Below are positions 52,301 to 64,000 of a DNA stretch of 64,000 nt, piece by piece. The translations under genes were made by a program, and so were the position numbers. The stretch comes from Paragordius varius (lineage: Eukaryota > Animalia > Nematomorpha). Positions within the stretch are counted from its first letter, which is position 1. Every line of letters begins with the position of its first letter. Location of the stretch: contig OZ176054.1 of assembly GCA_964247055.1 (NCBI GenBank), positions 11,222,001 to 11,286,000 of the forward strand, in the 5' to 3' direction. Below the pieces are notes generated by a model. The model had not been told where the DNA came from. It was given only the letters and a program-made list of their open reading frames with translations, and made no database searches.

Positions 52301-52988
52301 AATATTGACTCAAAGCGTGTTTACACAAAACTTATTTTGACCAGAATTTACCCTAAAATTATTAACAAAAATATTAATTATTGGTGTAATTTCATCCTCT
52401 ATAACATAAATATATATGGATCAGGCTTTACATGTAATCTAAAGACACATTGAGAATAAATAGGACTCGATCTATGCATAATTATATAAAGAACATGGAA
52501 AAAGAAATAAAGTTCTCCCTTAACCGTAATTATTATCGTTCAGAGTTTGGTTTAAAAACTCTAACTTGACAAAATTGGTAAATTTATCAGTGTAAAACAA
52601 TTTATATATCGACGCTGTCAAATTATTTTCTTTTAATAAAATATATGGTTGTTTTTTTAAAAAAATACAACATTTGTATAAATATATCATCTCTATGGAA
52701 ATTAAGGGTCACTTGACCATATATATAAAAGCACCCCAATTAATTAACAAACATTTAAAAGGTCATTTATCTATAAATATGGTGATTTTATCTGTTCTAA
52801 AATTCCATTCAAAAATTAATAAAGCGATAATTTACTATTAAAATTATATAGTGTAATTACATGGAAAATGTTTGTTAAATATATTTAAAATTATTATTAC
52901 TTTTTCGTAAGGCATTTTCACATTTATAGGGTCCCAATATACATGCAACAACAATCAATAATGTGTTAATCAGATAAATTTTAGCCAT
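24550..52988 (-). CDS. Hand-built 14-exon gene: secreted or surface glycoprotein with two tandem Cys-paired (Ig-like) modules, ~797 aa
   Basis: Complement join of 52901-52988, 51867-51923, 49857-50117, 49475-49671, 49344-49449, 43976-44284, 42194-42391, 35417-35485, 33693-33956, 30620-30810, 30495-30594, 27610-27918, 26610-26810 and 24550-24593. All junctions are GT-AG, phase-compatible and stop-free; total 2394 nt. The last exon and the module1-module2 join are the least certain parts. Confidence 0.65.
25125..25375. mobile_element. MITE with TACCATTTACA termini (decayed relative of 32174-32593)
   Basis: ATATACCATTTACA ... TGTAAATGGTA, with degenerate AATTCACCC / GGGTGAATT subterminal units. 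Confidence 0.65.
25430..26465. mobile_element. Palindromic MITE, eroded member of the 36072-36813 family
   Basis: Inverted arms AAATCGGGCAAAAAG / CTTTTTGCCCGATTT and TTTGTCATCTGGTTTATGACGGTATAAAA / TTTTATACCATCATAAACCAGATGACAAA. Confidence 0.78.
26610..26810 (-). CDS. Exon 13 (module 2, exon f)
   Basis: [72 protein letters not shown] acceptor, GTAAGT donor, 201 nt, phase 1-1. Paralog of exon 7. Confidence 0.8.
27610..27918 (-). CDS. Exon 12 (module 2, exon e)
   Basis: [12 protein letters not shown]...ITDCYVQV...[26 protein letters not shown]. 309 nt, phase 1-1, GTAAGA donor; same length as exon 6. Confidence 0.85.
29515..30100. mobile_element. Old foldback MITE-like element; boundaries approximate
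   Basis: Inverted pairs TTTTAGATGTG / CACATCTAAAA, GAAGCGTACTT / AAGTACGCTTC and CTGAACATTTCTAT / ATAGAAATGTTCAG. Confidence 0.65.
30495..30594 (-). CDS. Exon 11 (module 2, exon d)
   Basis: [33 protein letters not shown]. 100 nt, phase 0-1, CAAG|GTAATT donor. Paralog of exon 5. Confidence 0.78.
30595..30619 (-). other. Predicted 25-nt intron (module 2)
   Basis: GTTATTTTTTAAGATTATATTTTAG. Removing it joins KYESR to DNKIF in frame; retaining it gives a stop. Confidence 0.6.
30620..30810 (-). CDS. Exon 10 (module 2, exon c)
   Basis: [27 protein letters not shown]...[17 protein letters not shown]. 191 nt, phase 1-0. Paralog of exon 4. Confidence 0.8.
32174..32593. mobile_element. Foldback-type MITE with inverted arrays of a 21-bp unit
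   Basis: Termini ATATACCATTTACA / TGTAAATGGTATAT. About 6 copies of TTGAACAATTCAAATTCACCC on the left and about 5 inverted copies on the right. Confidence 0.85.
33693..33956 (-). CDS. Exon 9 (module 2, exon b)
   Basis: [24 protein letters not shown]...[28 protein letters not shown]. 264 nt, phase 1-1, GTAACT donor as in exon 3. Confidence 0.85.
34450..35315. mobile_element. Old degenerate foldback element; boundaries approximate
   Basis: TTTGGGGTACTTTTGTACC near 34455 versus GGTTACAAAACACCCCAAA near 35300, with weaker internal inverted matches. Confidence 0.45.
35417..35485 (-). CDS. Exon 8 (module 2, exon a)
   Basis: [27 protein letters not shown] acceptor, G|GTAATC donor, 69 nt, phase 1-1. 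Loosely similar to exon 2 (MTLKITF vs MLNFTINIR). Confidence 0.65.
36072..36813. mobile_element. Palindromic MITE with perfect 18-bp TIR CACTGTGCGCAAAAACCA (Transib-like terminus)
   Basis: The left end at 36072 and the right end TGGTTTTTGCGCACAGTG at 36813 are exact inverses, and the arms stay similar for >100 bp. No matching TSD was found. Confidence 0.85.
36911..41896 (+). mobile_element. Second degenerate Ty3/Gypsy LTR retrotransposon, intronic and antisense to the Ig-like gene
   Basis: 5' LTR 36911-37115; 3' LTR 40976-41896, interrupted at 41053-41757; 5-bp TSD GTATC. Contains gag knuckles ([27 protein letters not shown]), protease IIDTGSS, RT ([19 protein letters not shown]), RNase H TDAS and integrase VTDNASYF. 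Confidence 0.95.
41053..41757. mobile_element. Non-autonomous hAT element inserted in the 3' LTR
   Basis: TIRs TAATGTGACCAGATA / revcomp TAAAGTGACCAGATA and a perfect 8-bp TSD TGATACAC. The LTR sequence resumes after it. The TIR resembles that of 7115-10020. Confidence 0.92.
42194..42391 (-). CDS. Exon 7 (module 1, exon f)
   Basis: [65 protein letters not shown]. 198 nt, phase 1-1, GTATGT donor. Confidence 0.8.
43976..44284 (-). CDS. Exon 6 (module 1, exon e)
   Basis: [12 protein letters not shown]...ITDCYVQV...[26 protein letters not shown]. 309 nt, phase 1-1, GTAAGA donor. Confidence 0.85.
45930..47255. repeat. Diverged direct repeat, ~530 bp x2 (45930-46457 and 46723-47255)
   Basis: Shared anchors TTGGATACAACACATTCATTT, TGATATTACTTATTT, AATAAAAATGGCGTCGAA, GATAGAAGCA and CTGGGATATTTAGATAC occur in the same order. 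Confidence 0.85.
49287..49335. repeat. (AT)n microsatellite beside the exon-5 donor
   Basis: Pure AT run of about 24 units. Confidence 0.95.
49344..49449 (-). CDS. Exon 5 (module 1, exon d)
   Basis: [35 protein letters not shown]. 106 nt, phase 0-1, AAAG|GTAATT donor. Confidence 0.78.
49450..49474 (-). other. Predicted 25-nt intron (module 1)
   Basis: GTTAATTTGCAATATTTTACTTTAG; same length and position as the module-2 intron. Confidence 0.6.
49475..49671 (-). CDS. Exon 4 (module 1, exon c)
   Basis: [27 protein letters not shown]...[17 protein letters not shown]. 197 nt, phase 1-0. Confidence 0.8.
49857..50117 (-). CDS. Exon 3 (module 1, exon b)
   Basis: [25 protein letters not shown]...[25 protein letters not shown]. 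261 nt, phase 1-1. Absent from the ORF track. Confidence 0.85.
51867..51923 (-). CDS. Exon 2 (module 1, exon a)
   Basis: [23 protein letters not shown] acceptor, G|GTAATT donor, 57 nt, phase 1-1. Confidence 0.6.
52901..52988 (-). CDS. Exon 1 (signal peptide)
   Basis: [29 protein letters not shown] has a basic N-terminus and a hydrophobic core. 88 nt, phase-1 GTAATA donor. Confidence 0.75.
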
Positions 52989-53959
52989 TTTAGAAAAAAA
53001 ACAAATAATGAAAAAAAATTTATGAATATATATATATATATATATATATATAAGTTTTTTTATCGATACAAATCTAAAATACAAATGTACAAACTGGATA
53101 TATCATCGCCCTTCGCGTATTTTTTTTTGTTAAAAACAATCAATCGAGTCTAAAAATAAGTGTAAAATTTTACAATATACATAAAAAAAACTTAATTGCG
53201 CTATCAATTATTTTAAGGTGATATATTAGAAGAACAATTTTATAGGTAATAAAAATTGATTCAATTACTCATTTTGTATAGTCTGAAATATTTTATCTGT
53301 AAAATAAACGATCCAATGAAATTGAGCCAGGTATATAAAACCGGATGTTTATTTGTATTTTTTTATCGTTTAAATAATAATCATAATAATAAAAATAAAA
53401 AACGAATCTTATATCAATGTAATATATTAAAAGTATTAGGCTATTAATTCAACAAGTATTGAGCTACTCAATTAAAATATTTGAAGATAATATATGGAAA
53501 ATAACTATTTTTTTTGTTTAATTTATTATAACACGTTCAACTGCTTAAATGGCAGTCAGTATTTTAATAATTATAACAAGAGTTAATTAATACTTATACT
53601 GAGAAATAATTTACCAATTAAATAGCTTCCAATAGGGCTCATATCGGTAGAAACCTTAATTATAAATTTAAAATTTGACAATTTTTACCATGTTTTTTTT
53701 ACATCAAATCAAATTAGAAGAATAGAGTTTTATACTAATTATTATATAAATTTTTAACATCACTTAATAAACTGTAAAATAAAATTGGCATGGGTTTTTT
53801 TGAAATAAGTAATGACTATTGAAAAATTATATATAAAAAATTTAATTCTTGAAATAAAATTTACTATGATCATAATTAAACATCTATTTCGCTACGTATA
53901 TTAACATTAACTTGTTATTTTTTGTCAACGGAATATTACATGTTATTGAAAGAAATTAA

Positions 53960-56900
53960 TTTTATGGACAAAAAATTTAGGCACATCATATATGAATTGA
54001 TGTATCGTCTTTGTGTAATGGCTAGCCATTGTATCCGTATAGAAGCTGTCTGTAATATTTGCGATCCTGCCAGGCGTTATCATCAATGTTGGCAACACTT
54101 AAATCATTATTTATTGTTTTTCCCAGTTAAATGTTCTGCCCCTGCGATGGTTACCTTCGGGATGTAGGCATAAAATTTTATTTGTCCATTGTTCTGGAGC
54201 ACGTTTCATGTGTCCGAAATACTATTTTTTCTGAGCATAAATTTAAAGGTTCGATTTGGTACAGTGATGCAAATTTGAATTAGACTTATTGGTGTCGAAT
54301 AGCTTTTCTATGTTCATAAGTTTTTTCTCGATTGAATCTGTCATCGGCCATATCTCGCTTTGTTTTTTGCTAATATGTGTTAATTTTTGAGCACAAATTT
54401 AAGTTGATGATTTTAGCCAAGCCTGTTGGGATCTATATTGAACTTACTGGTTTATTCCACCAAGTCAATGTATGACATCGTACACGTATTTAAATTATTT
54501 ACCAATTCGATTTTGGGGTATGCCATATAAAGATATTTTATTGAAGTGGGTGAGTGATTTATTGTTTTATTTTTGCATGATTCACAAATAAATTTATCAT
54601 TGTTGATTAATGTCCCTTTTATAAGCGAGGACTTTTTATGTAACCACTTATTGCATGAGGTACATAGATTGAATTAAGTTTTACATTTAAATCACATACT
54701 CCACATGGAAACTTAGGTCGTTCCTATACAGTTTCACCCGTTATCAGCACCTTTGTTTCATTCCACCCTTTTCTAAGTGTGATTTCCAAGTGCTGTACTT
54801 TTGATTTAATTCCTCCATTGATGTTGCGGTGTGGACAATGTCGTCCGCATGATAAGTTTCCATGGTGGGCCTTGTTTTATTTCTTATGTTAGGAAATCCA
54901 TTAGTAAAATGAAAAATAAAGGGCTTAGGGTGGAGCAGTGGCGAAACTACGGGAAGCTAGGGGAAGCAGTGCGGGGGGCCCAAAGCTAAAACAGGGGCCC
55001 TTTTTTATTTCTTATATTAATTTTGGCCCCCTTTTTATTTTGCGGGGGCCAAAAATTTATTATTTTTATTTACAGATATGTAGGTAATGGTTGCCTGATT
55101 GTAAGTATACTGGCAAAGAATAAAGAGAATTATTGATCGAAGAAGAAAAAGCGAAAAATGCATTTTTTCACTATCTCAATAAGCGGTTTTATTGTTGATA
55201 ATTAATAAACAGCTTTAAATTAACAATTAAAAAGTGTAAAAAATAAATATATGAGTATAGATAATTGACACCAAAAATTGAGGAAAGCTTATAAATTTTC
55301 AAATCCTGAATTATTTTGTTATAAAACCTATAGGATTATAGTTTTATGAAAATTCACAAAATTTTGACAGATGTAATTTTTTTGCCTCTGTTAAATTAAA
55401 ATCACTACAAATAAAATCTCATACAATATTCATATAGCGTAAAAATGTATTTTGGTTTTAATGTGGTGCGAAAGACAATTTACTTATTTTAATTTTTATG
55501 AGAGAATGAGTTCGTGTAAATTTTAAATTGAGTAAGAAAGAGCAAAAAATGTATTTTATTGACTATCCATTACATTTTAGCCATAATGAAATTGTTTGTT
55601 CCTTTATTAATTTCTGAAAGTGTCAATAGTGAACAAAAAAAGGATTAAAAAAACATTCATTATAACAATATTCTCTAACAAGTAATCTCAATTTATATTT
55701 TGATTATACAATATGAAATTTAATTCAGGCCAACTCACATTAATGTCAATGCATTACAGCAAATGATGAGACCTTAATTTTGTTAACAATTTTCAATGCA
55801 TACATCGTGAAGAAATCCATTAAATTTTACAGAAGGATAGTTATTTCATATACTTTACTGTGAAGTGAATTGGCCAATATAACTGGTATACATTAATGTA
55901 TTTTATAATGTTTTTATCCTTTGATGCATGTTATTTTTAAATTAATTATAGTTCTTAAACATAAAATCGATAAACTTTTACCACACACTAAAATAGGGTG
56001 TGCAATTTTTTTCAGCGGGTCATTCTTAAAATTTAAAAATCTTGGCGGTCCGCACATTCATATTCCATTTAATTAGTACATTTATTGTTATTTATCAATT
56101 TCTATCAAAGTTAGATAAAATGAGTGGAAATTATCAATTCAGCTAAAAAATTTAATAATTAATTATCCAAACGATTTGAGTGAATATTTTCCGATTCAAA
56201 TAGTCTCAGTTTCTAATTCGCTTAAGCATGAGATCGCTCAAATTAACAATGCCAGGCAATTTTTAGAGCTATTAATTATTAATTACTCAACAGCTTCAGC
56301 CAGTTGTGATGAAGTTATAACAGCATTATTATTGTTTTAGACTTTACCAGTTACGGTTGCTACAGCGGAACGTTCATTCTCAAAGTTTAAAATAATTAAT
56401 TATATTAGAAGCACGATGGCTGAAAAAAGGTTGAACAAATCGTTACCAGCAATTGAAGCGGAGAAATGGATAAGATATAATTAGAAAATTTGTTAACGCA
56501 ATATCGAGAAGAAGAAATTTTAAAACATCATCTTTTGATTAATACATGCTCTTAATAGGTTATTTAATTATTTTAAACTTTAAAAATGAACTTTAAGACT
56601 GAGGAATTGGCGGTGGGCGGGTGGGTACTAGCCATCATAATTCCAGGAACGCAAAACCTTTAGACTCAGGATGCCAAGAATGTAAATATTATCATTTTTT
56701 AATATTATATATCTTTACAAATCTAAGTGATACGCCAGGTGAAAAGATAATTGCAAACGATTTTGGGGGAAGGGGGGCAGTATTAAACATTGCGGGGGAA
56801 GGGGGGGCACAATTTATAGTTCCGTCACTGGAATGGAGCCTTGATACCAGATTCGTTTGGAAAAGCTGTGTTGCCTAGTGTTAATCTGACGCAATTTGTT

Positions 56901-58110
56901 GTTTTGTAATACATCATTTCTATAGATTTGATTATCCAGTTATCTACGTTGTTGTATCGTAGTGTGGATATGATTAACTTCCTGGGGATAAAATCAAAAA
57001 CCGTTTGAAAATCAAGATTTCGCTAAATAATTTTCTTGCAATCTTCTCAAATTAAAGATTGCATCAATTGTGGTACTGGTAGGTTTATAGGGATATTGAA
57101 TTCCTGTATGTTGCTGATTCAGAGTTGATTCAATAATGGATTCAAAATTTTTTAACGGGGGCTCCAACAACTTTAGTGGTCTGTAGGAGGAACAAACGAG
57201 TATGTCTCCTTTGTTTTTATAAATGGGTATGGTGGTGCTTGACCAATCATTAGGGATACGATTTGACAAGATTAGATTAATTATAATAGTTAAGGAAGGC
57301 ATTGGGGTAAAGCTTTAATCATGTCGGAGCTAAGTTCAGATGGACAAGTTGCTTTGTTATTTCTTATCTTGGCCAGGGCATCTCTTATATAGTCTGTTGT
57401 TATCAATGATCGGGGACCGATTGCTGGTGGTTGGTTTATTTTTTCAAAATCAAGTATTTGTGCGAATTGTTCTTGGTAATATGTGGTCCAGACATTGCTT
57501 ATGTCTCTCCAATCAGTTGCTAGATGTTTGTGTTTATCTTTAATATAGAAATTTGTTTTCTTTTTTATTTTTGTTAACTGAATTTATTGTTCTGAAAATC
57601 TTAAGATTTTTCATGTCTTGTTCTAGTTTTTGAGCTAAATCCAAAGCTTTTTTGTTCGCTGAAATATTGAAGGTTCGTTGTAAATTTTTATTTGATTTGA
57701 TATATGAAAAGTCTCTTTTATCTTTTGTAGTTATTGCGTTTTATGACTAAAGGTTTTACCAAATTTGATTGTTGTTTTCTCCTGTATATTTTCTTTCTGC
57801 CACAAAAATTAAGCAGTTTGGGATAATGCTGTTTTTAAAATTATCACAAGCTTGTTGAGATGTTTTAGAGACTGAACGCTGCATTAACAGTTTTTAAGAG
57901 TTGAAGTTTAAGATCAGGAAGGTGTAGCTTTTATAAATTTATTTTGGGTTTCTGGTTACTATGGTAATAGGATTTGTTTATTGTTATTATTGCTACAATC
58001 AATTTATGTTGTGTATCAGTGAGATATGTTTTGGAATCTTTGATGAATTTTTCATCTTGTATAGGTGTTAAAATTTTATCTACCACTTGTGTAAGTTATA
58101 AATTTTAACA
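53960..58110 (-). mobile_element. RTE-clade LINE remnant, duplicated copy; boundaries approximate
   Basis: Includes ORF 57012-57302 (IPNDWSSTTIPIYKNKGD..YRPLKLL..STTIDAIFNLRRLQE). Confidence 0.85.
54936..56830 (+). mobile_element. hAT element in the LINE, duplicated copy
   Basis: Same TIRs and flanks as 2567-4468. Confidence 0.88.
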
Positions 58111-59477
58111 TGGTCATATAACTATTTAAACCATTTATTTATTTTTTTCTTACATAATAATTTTTTATAACAAAACAGCACATCCAATATTAGCGGGGTA
58201 TATAGTATTTAAACACGCAACCAATACATCCCACCTCTGATAAGATTATAATCCAACAGATTTTCGATGGGTCTTACAATATAAATATATTTATAATTAT
58301 TTTGTATATGAAAAAATAATAAACACATGTAATTTTAGATTTTACTTCAAAATAAATGAATGAAAATTAATTAATATTAAATAATAATAATCAATAAACT
58401 GTTTTTTCTGATTAGGTAGCTATAACATAAAGATAAAAATATGAATGAAACTGGTTTTTGATAATTTGGATAAAATATATATCTAGCCTATTCTTCACTC
58501 TTAAAATTAAACTTAAATCAACACGTAACAAAACTCCATTAGATGGTTAACATAATTTCGAATTATTTGAAAAATACCAATGACGGCAACGACTGGACAC
58601 TTGTCATAAATATAATCCATACATGTATCTTTCACATCTTGTGCGGTAACATCCTAAAATAATGTATTTATCACCCTGAATTATTTTATAACTTAGTAAT
58701 TGCAATTAATAAAATAAGATTTTAATGATTGCGCTATTGTATTTCTGGACCTTATATTAAAAATATATGCATATATTAAATTCTTCAAGTATAATATGTG
58801 TGTGAATTTAGTAATTAATAGGGGTTTAAAGCAATTTCGCGTTAAAAACTAAGAAACTGAAATTTATAGTTTTTCTCAACGTTGATATTGTAAAGGCAAC
58901 TGAAAATTATGTTTAAAAAATTAAATCGCAAGTCTAATGTCTAATTTTTCCAAAATTTAATTAGATATAGTTTGAAGTAAATACTTTTCATTGCAAAGCA
59001 AAAAAAATGTACTAAATTTTACATTTATTCTGGCTTCCATTTCATAGAAGGGAATACGGCGTCCATAACATAGCATATGTCTATAATTAATGAAAAAAAG
59101 ATATAATATAATTGAAATTTAAAATATATATAAAGGATCATTCTCGAGAGTTTAAATATTTAACTATATTGGATAAAAATTATTTAAGCATTTTACTTCA
59201 ATAATTAAAGAAAAAATTACATTACATAAAAATGTGCTTTAAAAAATTTATTTAAAATTCTTCCCTTTAATATTAAAATCAACTTTAAGAAATTCAAATA
59301 AAAATCTGAAAATAAACATAAATACTAGTTGAATCTTATAAATTAATTAAAAAAAGTTTTTATATAAATCAAGATTTTAGAATCACACTAGTATGTTTTA
59401 TTTAGCTATGAAATACGTAAGTTTAGGCGATATTTAAAACCGAAATAATGCAAAAAATACAAAATGCGTGGTATATC

Positions 59478-62339
59478 TAAGGTGACCAGATTTTTTGAAG
59501 GAAAAAGCGGGACAAATCTGAGAAAGGGGGGAAGGCTTGGGGGGGTACAACCAAAAATTTTTATAAAAAAATTATTGTTTATTTATTTTTAACACAAATC
59601 TCCATATTTATAAAAATGGAAAATGCTGGCTTTGTGATCTGTTTCCGGAAAACCGGTAGACTCATTCAAATCCAAATGTCGAAAAAATATAATCATTAAT
59701 AAAAGCCACGACAATGGCTTTGCCCTTTTTTGAGTTGGGCCCCCAGTTCGGGCCCACCCCGTGTAAAAAACGGTTTTTTTTGAAAACAGAAGTCCACAAA
59801 AATCGTGACTTTGAGATTTACCGGAGAACGTGTTGGACAATTCAATTTCAAATATGATTTTTGTTTACTTATTTTCGATTGCGCCGAACATAATCGGCTC
59901 GCTTAATTTAGGACCTCTTTTTACCCGCTCCCCCCGTAAAATGCTATTTTTTTAAAAAACAAAGTCCACAAAAATAATTTTTTGAATCTATTTTTCCCCC
60001 AAGTAAACAATATATTAGTATGAATGCACCGTTTTAAAATTCCTATGAGATCATAGCTATTAATTAATGTTTCGAAATAATCCACATATGTAGATCCTTT
60101 TATTGTCCCTTTATCAAATAGCACCCCCTCCCCCCAGAAATCCGAAGGACTTCCTCGGGCTGCGTAGCAGCACCAGATTTACGCTAGTACATTATAAATA
60201 TAAAAAAATAATTTATTCCTAAGTATATTTTTTATTTGAGTGAATGCGTTTAGCAGATTGTCATCTTTAAAATATTGTAGAAGTCTTCACAAGAATTCGT
60301 CAAATTATATTTGATAGATAAAATGGCCTTTAAAGTTTCATTATTTAAATTTGATTTTCCCGATGTCCACACCTGATTTTCTGTGGAAGAAACGCGCTCA
60401 GTAGCAGCGTTTGTTCCAGGTAAAGATAGTGCAAATTCCACAATTATTAAAACATTATTGTATGGAACATAGTTTGTTTCAAAATGATGAAATATTTCTA
60501 ACCATTTCTTTTCTACTGTATTTTTTTCTGTTGTCCACAATTTAAATATTTCCTTATAAATATATTTTTTAGCTAATGATACAAAAAAGATTATTTTCTG
60601 AAAGATTACTTTTTGGGAATTTTGGGGAGATGCAGATGTAATCAATGATTTTTGAACATCGCACCAATTGAATTGTGGTTTGAATGTTATCCAATGAAAA
60701 TGATCAATTTCATTGAATTGCACCGTCCAGTCTTCCAAATAATCTTTACAGTTTGTATAAAACATTTTTATATGGTACAAGATATCTTGGCGATTTATTA
60801 AGCCTTGTTTTATTATATATAATATTGCGGACGATTAATGGTATAAAATTATTTTCTAACCTTTCGTGACATTGAAATTTTAGGTTATTAACTTCATTGG
60901 TACTTCGATTGCCGAAATTACCATCTATCAATTTAATAACATTTTAAAAGAGAGAAGCTTGATTATGTAGGAACTCTAACCATATTTTTGAAGAATCACT
61001 TTCAAAAAACTTTTCCAAAGTTTTAGGACATTTGTGATAAAAAATTGGAATAGGAATACATTTTTAAAATTCTTTCGATAGCTACCACAAAAGCTAACCA
61101 ACGAGTTTCACAATATCCAAGCATTTTTTATATTGAACTTCTGCATTTTCACATAATTCCTTAAGCGTTTCAACGCGTACCATGTATATAAAAACATAGG
61201 AATGTATTTTAACAACTACATTTTCCACATCTAGGGGTAACAAATCAGCAGCTGTTTGAATAGCGTTGTGTATTATATGCGCTGCATACCCAACGCCAAT
61301 AAAGTTTTGATGAAAGCTATTCATGAAAAATATTTTTTGGCCCCCTTTTTGCTTTTCCACCGAAGTTCGTATTGGTGTTGTCAGCGCAATATGCGATGAT
61401 TTTGTCTTATTATTTTTTTCTAGAATATTGATTATTGAAGTAAAAATTATGACGGAATTTTCACCGGATAGAGAAATAAAATTTAAAATTTCTGGATTAA
61501 AATTATTTATTAAAGTGGGAAATAATTTTGTTTCCTTGTGATTTGATCCATCAGAGTAAAGCGGTATGAAATTAATTTTCAGCAAATTTTTTTGGTTTCA
61601 GAAAATGTGGTGAAATGATATTGCATAAAATGGATTCAGCCTTTGTACGGGCGCATGTAAATTTTTTATTGGATATGGTACGAATAACCTGTGAGGTACA
61701 ATCTCTAGATCTATGGGAATGATTGTGATTAACGGCGTGAAAAGATAAAACGCCTTCGGCTAGTGCCAAATTCTTTTCTTCCTCTCCAAAAGCGGTTATC
61801 TAAACATTTTTTTCTGTGTTTCCATATGCTTTGTAATATCATGCTTGCCGCCATGTGCTAGGGTGAATTCCCCCTAAAGAACATTTAAGAATTCCTCGTT
61901 TTTTTGATAAAAGGAAATTCTTTCATTAATTTATCGTTAAATTTACAACCAGTTTTTGTACTGATATTTTTAAACTAATATTAGTATAAAAAATATTATA
62001 TTACCTTGAATTTCTGGAGTAAACACCGATTTATGGTATTAATTTATCTTTTTGATGGTGTCGGCAGGTAATATAATTAAAATATTAGTATAAAAAATAT
62101 TTTATTACCTTAATTTTTTGAAGTAAACGTATAAGCTACCCATTTGTGGTATTAATATGTCTAAAATTGATATAGATTTTAAAACTAACTAATGATAAAA
62201 AATTTAAACGGATAAAAAAATAAATTTTTTATAAAAAATTTAAAATTTTTTTTTATATAATCGTGAAAAAGCGGGACATTTAAAAAGTGTAGCGGGACGC
62301 GAGACAAAGTGTGAAAAAGCGGGACTTCTGGTCACCCTA
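59478..62339 (-). mobile_element. hAT transposon, duplicated copy
   Basis: Same TIRs and GGTATATC TSD as 7115-10020. Transposase fragments at 60250-60780, 61094-61585 and 61572-61769. Confidence 0.93.
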
Positions 62340-64000
62340 GGTATATCTCAATTAATAAACCAGCATTGGAAAAAGCCTAATACTTTTAAACAATATTTCA
62401 TACATTAGAATAATTAAAATTTTTAATCAAAAAAATGTTTCGTAACTTACCTCCCAATATCTTCACATATAGGGGTCGATCCATTTAATTGTAAAAGCAT
62501 GTTTGTTTTCAACAAATTTTTGACTCTTTCAACCTCAAAATCGGTAATTAATGTACAAAGTCGCACCCTATATATATATATATTTTGATGGTTGCTTATT
62601 TCACATTATAGTTGGGCAATTTGCAACACAGTAGTGCATGGAAAAAACAACAAAATGTTGACTAAACAATTTCATCCTCTCTTTTTTCCATACACTACTG
62701 TGTTGCGAATTGCCCAACTATAGTGTGAAATAAGAAACCATTAAAATTCACACTGTATATGTAAAAACAATTTTTATATTAATTTAAATGGATGTGCGTG
62801 TGTTATCGAAAACAATGATATTAATAATCATTTTGAACGAAAAAAACGCGCAAAATTTTGTATATTTGAAATACATGTGATATATAAAGCCCCGTTGAAA
62901 TCAATATATATTTATGCATATATATATATATATATATATGCATATGATGTTAATATTATTTGTTAGATTTTTTTAGACACCATGTTGGAGATAAATGGAA
63001 TTTTTAAAATTAATATTGTGTTTGAAAAGGTTATTTATATTGTTTAAAATAAGCCATAATATTATAAACTTTACTGGAAAACAATAATATACAGTAAAAA
63101 ATAAAAATTTAAGGCTAAATTAAAAAACAGTCAGCTAACTCTTTGGCAAAAAATCAGTCGTTTACTTAAATTAAGGGCTTACACAGTAATTATTTCCTTC
63201 TGATGTTTTAATGAAACAAATTAAACCTTTATATGAGGATCGAAATTTAACTGGGTCACTTTTTATAACGGCACTTATTGAATCATTTGCCTTGACTATT
63301 GAAAGCGCCATTGATTGGAGATTATGCTAAACTTAGAGGGTAGGCGTACTATATTATAGTCCCATATTTAAACAACTTCGGCTTTTTGGAAGTTTACGGG
63401 ATTAGGTATCTTTAGAAGGGCTATCAAAAAATCATCAATACTGTATATATAATTGGATAGAAATGGACCATATTCCCGATATGTAATAACATTATTTTAA
63501 TAATTACTTTGAAAAGTAATATGTGAGATTTGTAAAATAATATAGTTAGCTGGAGAGTTTTGATTAGTAATATCTAATTAATCCGATAGTCTTTGAAATA
63601 CACGCATTTTAATGTATGTTCAGTAATTATATTGCCAGTCAAATAACATAAATGGTTTATCCAATGCGTAAAATACTGACCCACGAAATTATTTCGTAGT
63701 ACACATATGAAAGAGGATTGACGTGAGAATTAACATAGGCTTTAATTTGATGGATATTTTGTAATATTAAATTTTGAGAATATTATAGCAATTTATGTTA
63801 ACATTTGTAATATTGTTGTTACGTATTTAGATGCGGAATTTTGTGGGTTTTTATCTTTGATAAATTAATAAATAGTAAAATACGTATTTTAAGATTTTTT
63901 ATGTTAATTATTCCTAAAAATAATAAATATTTTTCAACATGCTAAATACCTGTATTAATATTGGTATTATAATTTTATATGTTATTACTAATTAAAAAAA

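Larger units (their letters stand above)
52384..64000. repeat. Segmental/tandem duplication, copy B (right end runs off the window)
   Basis: Colinear with 1-11678. Confidence 0.97.

Overview
Very AT-rich eukaryotic DNA, probably an invertebrate genome: it has spliceosomal introns plus LINE, LTR, Penelope-like and hAT elements. The organism cannot be named from sequence alone. (1) Positions 1-11678 recur at 52384-64000 at roughly 98% identity by spot checks, so the window spans one ~52.3-kb tandem unit. (2) Hand assembly on the minus strand gives a 14-exon gene that the ORF track misses (52988->24550, 2394 nt, 797 aa if the last exon is right). It has a signal peptide, two tandem six-exon Cys-paired modules that look Ig-like, about 22 N-glycosylation sequons and a tentative Ser-Gly tail. 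Both modules need a 25-nt intron at the same position. Exon 1 of the next gene copy lies at 518-605. (3) The rest is layered transposon debris: an RTE-type LINE split by a hAT element, a 2.9-kb hAT with a perfect 8-bp TSD, a hAT hosting both a palindromic Penelope-like insertion and a Ty3/Gypsy element, a second Gypsy inside a foldback element inside an intron, many foldback MITEs and a ~110-bp minisatellite. No rRNA, tRNA or CRISPR was seen.
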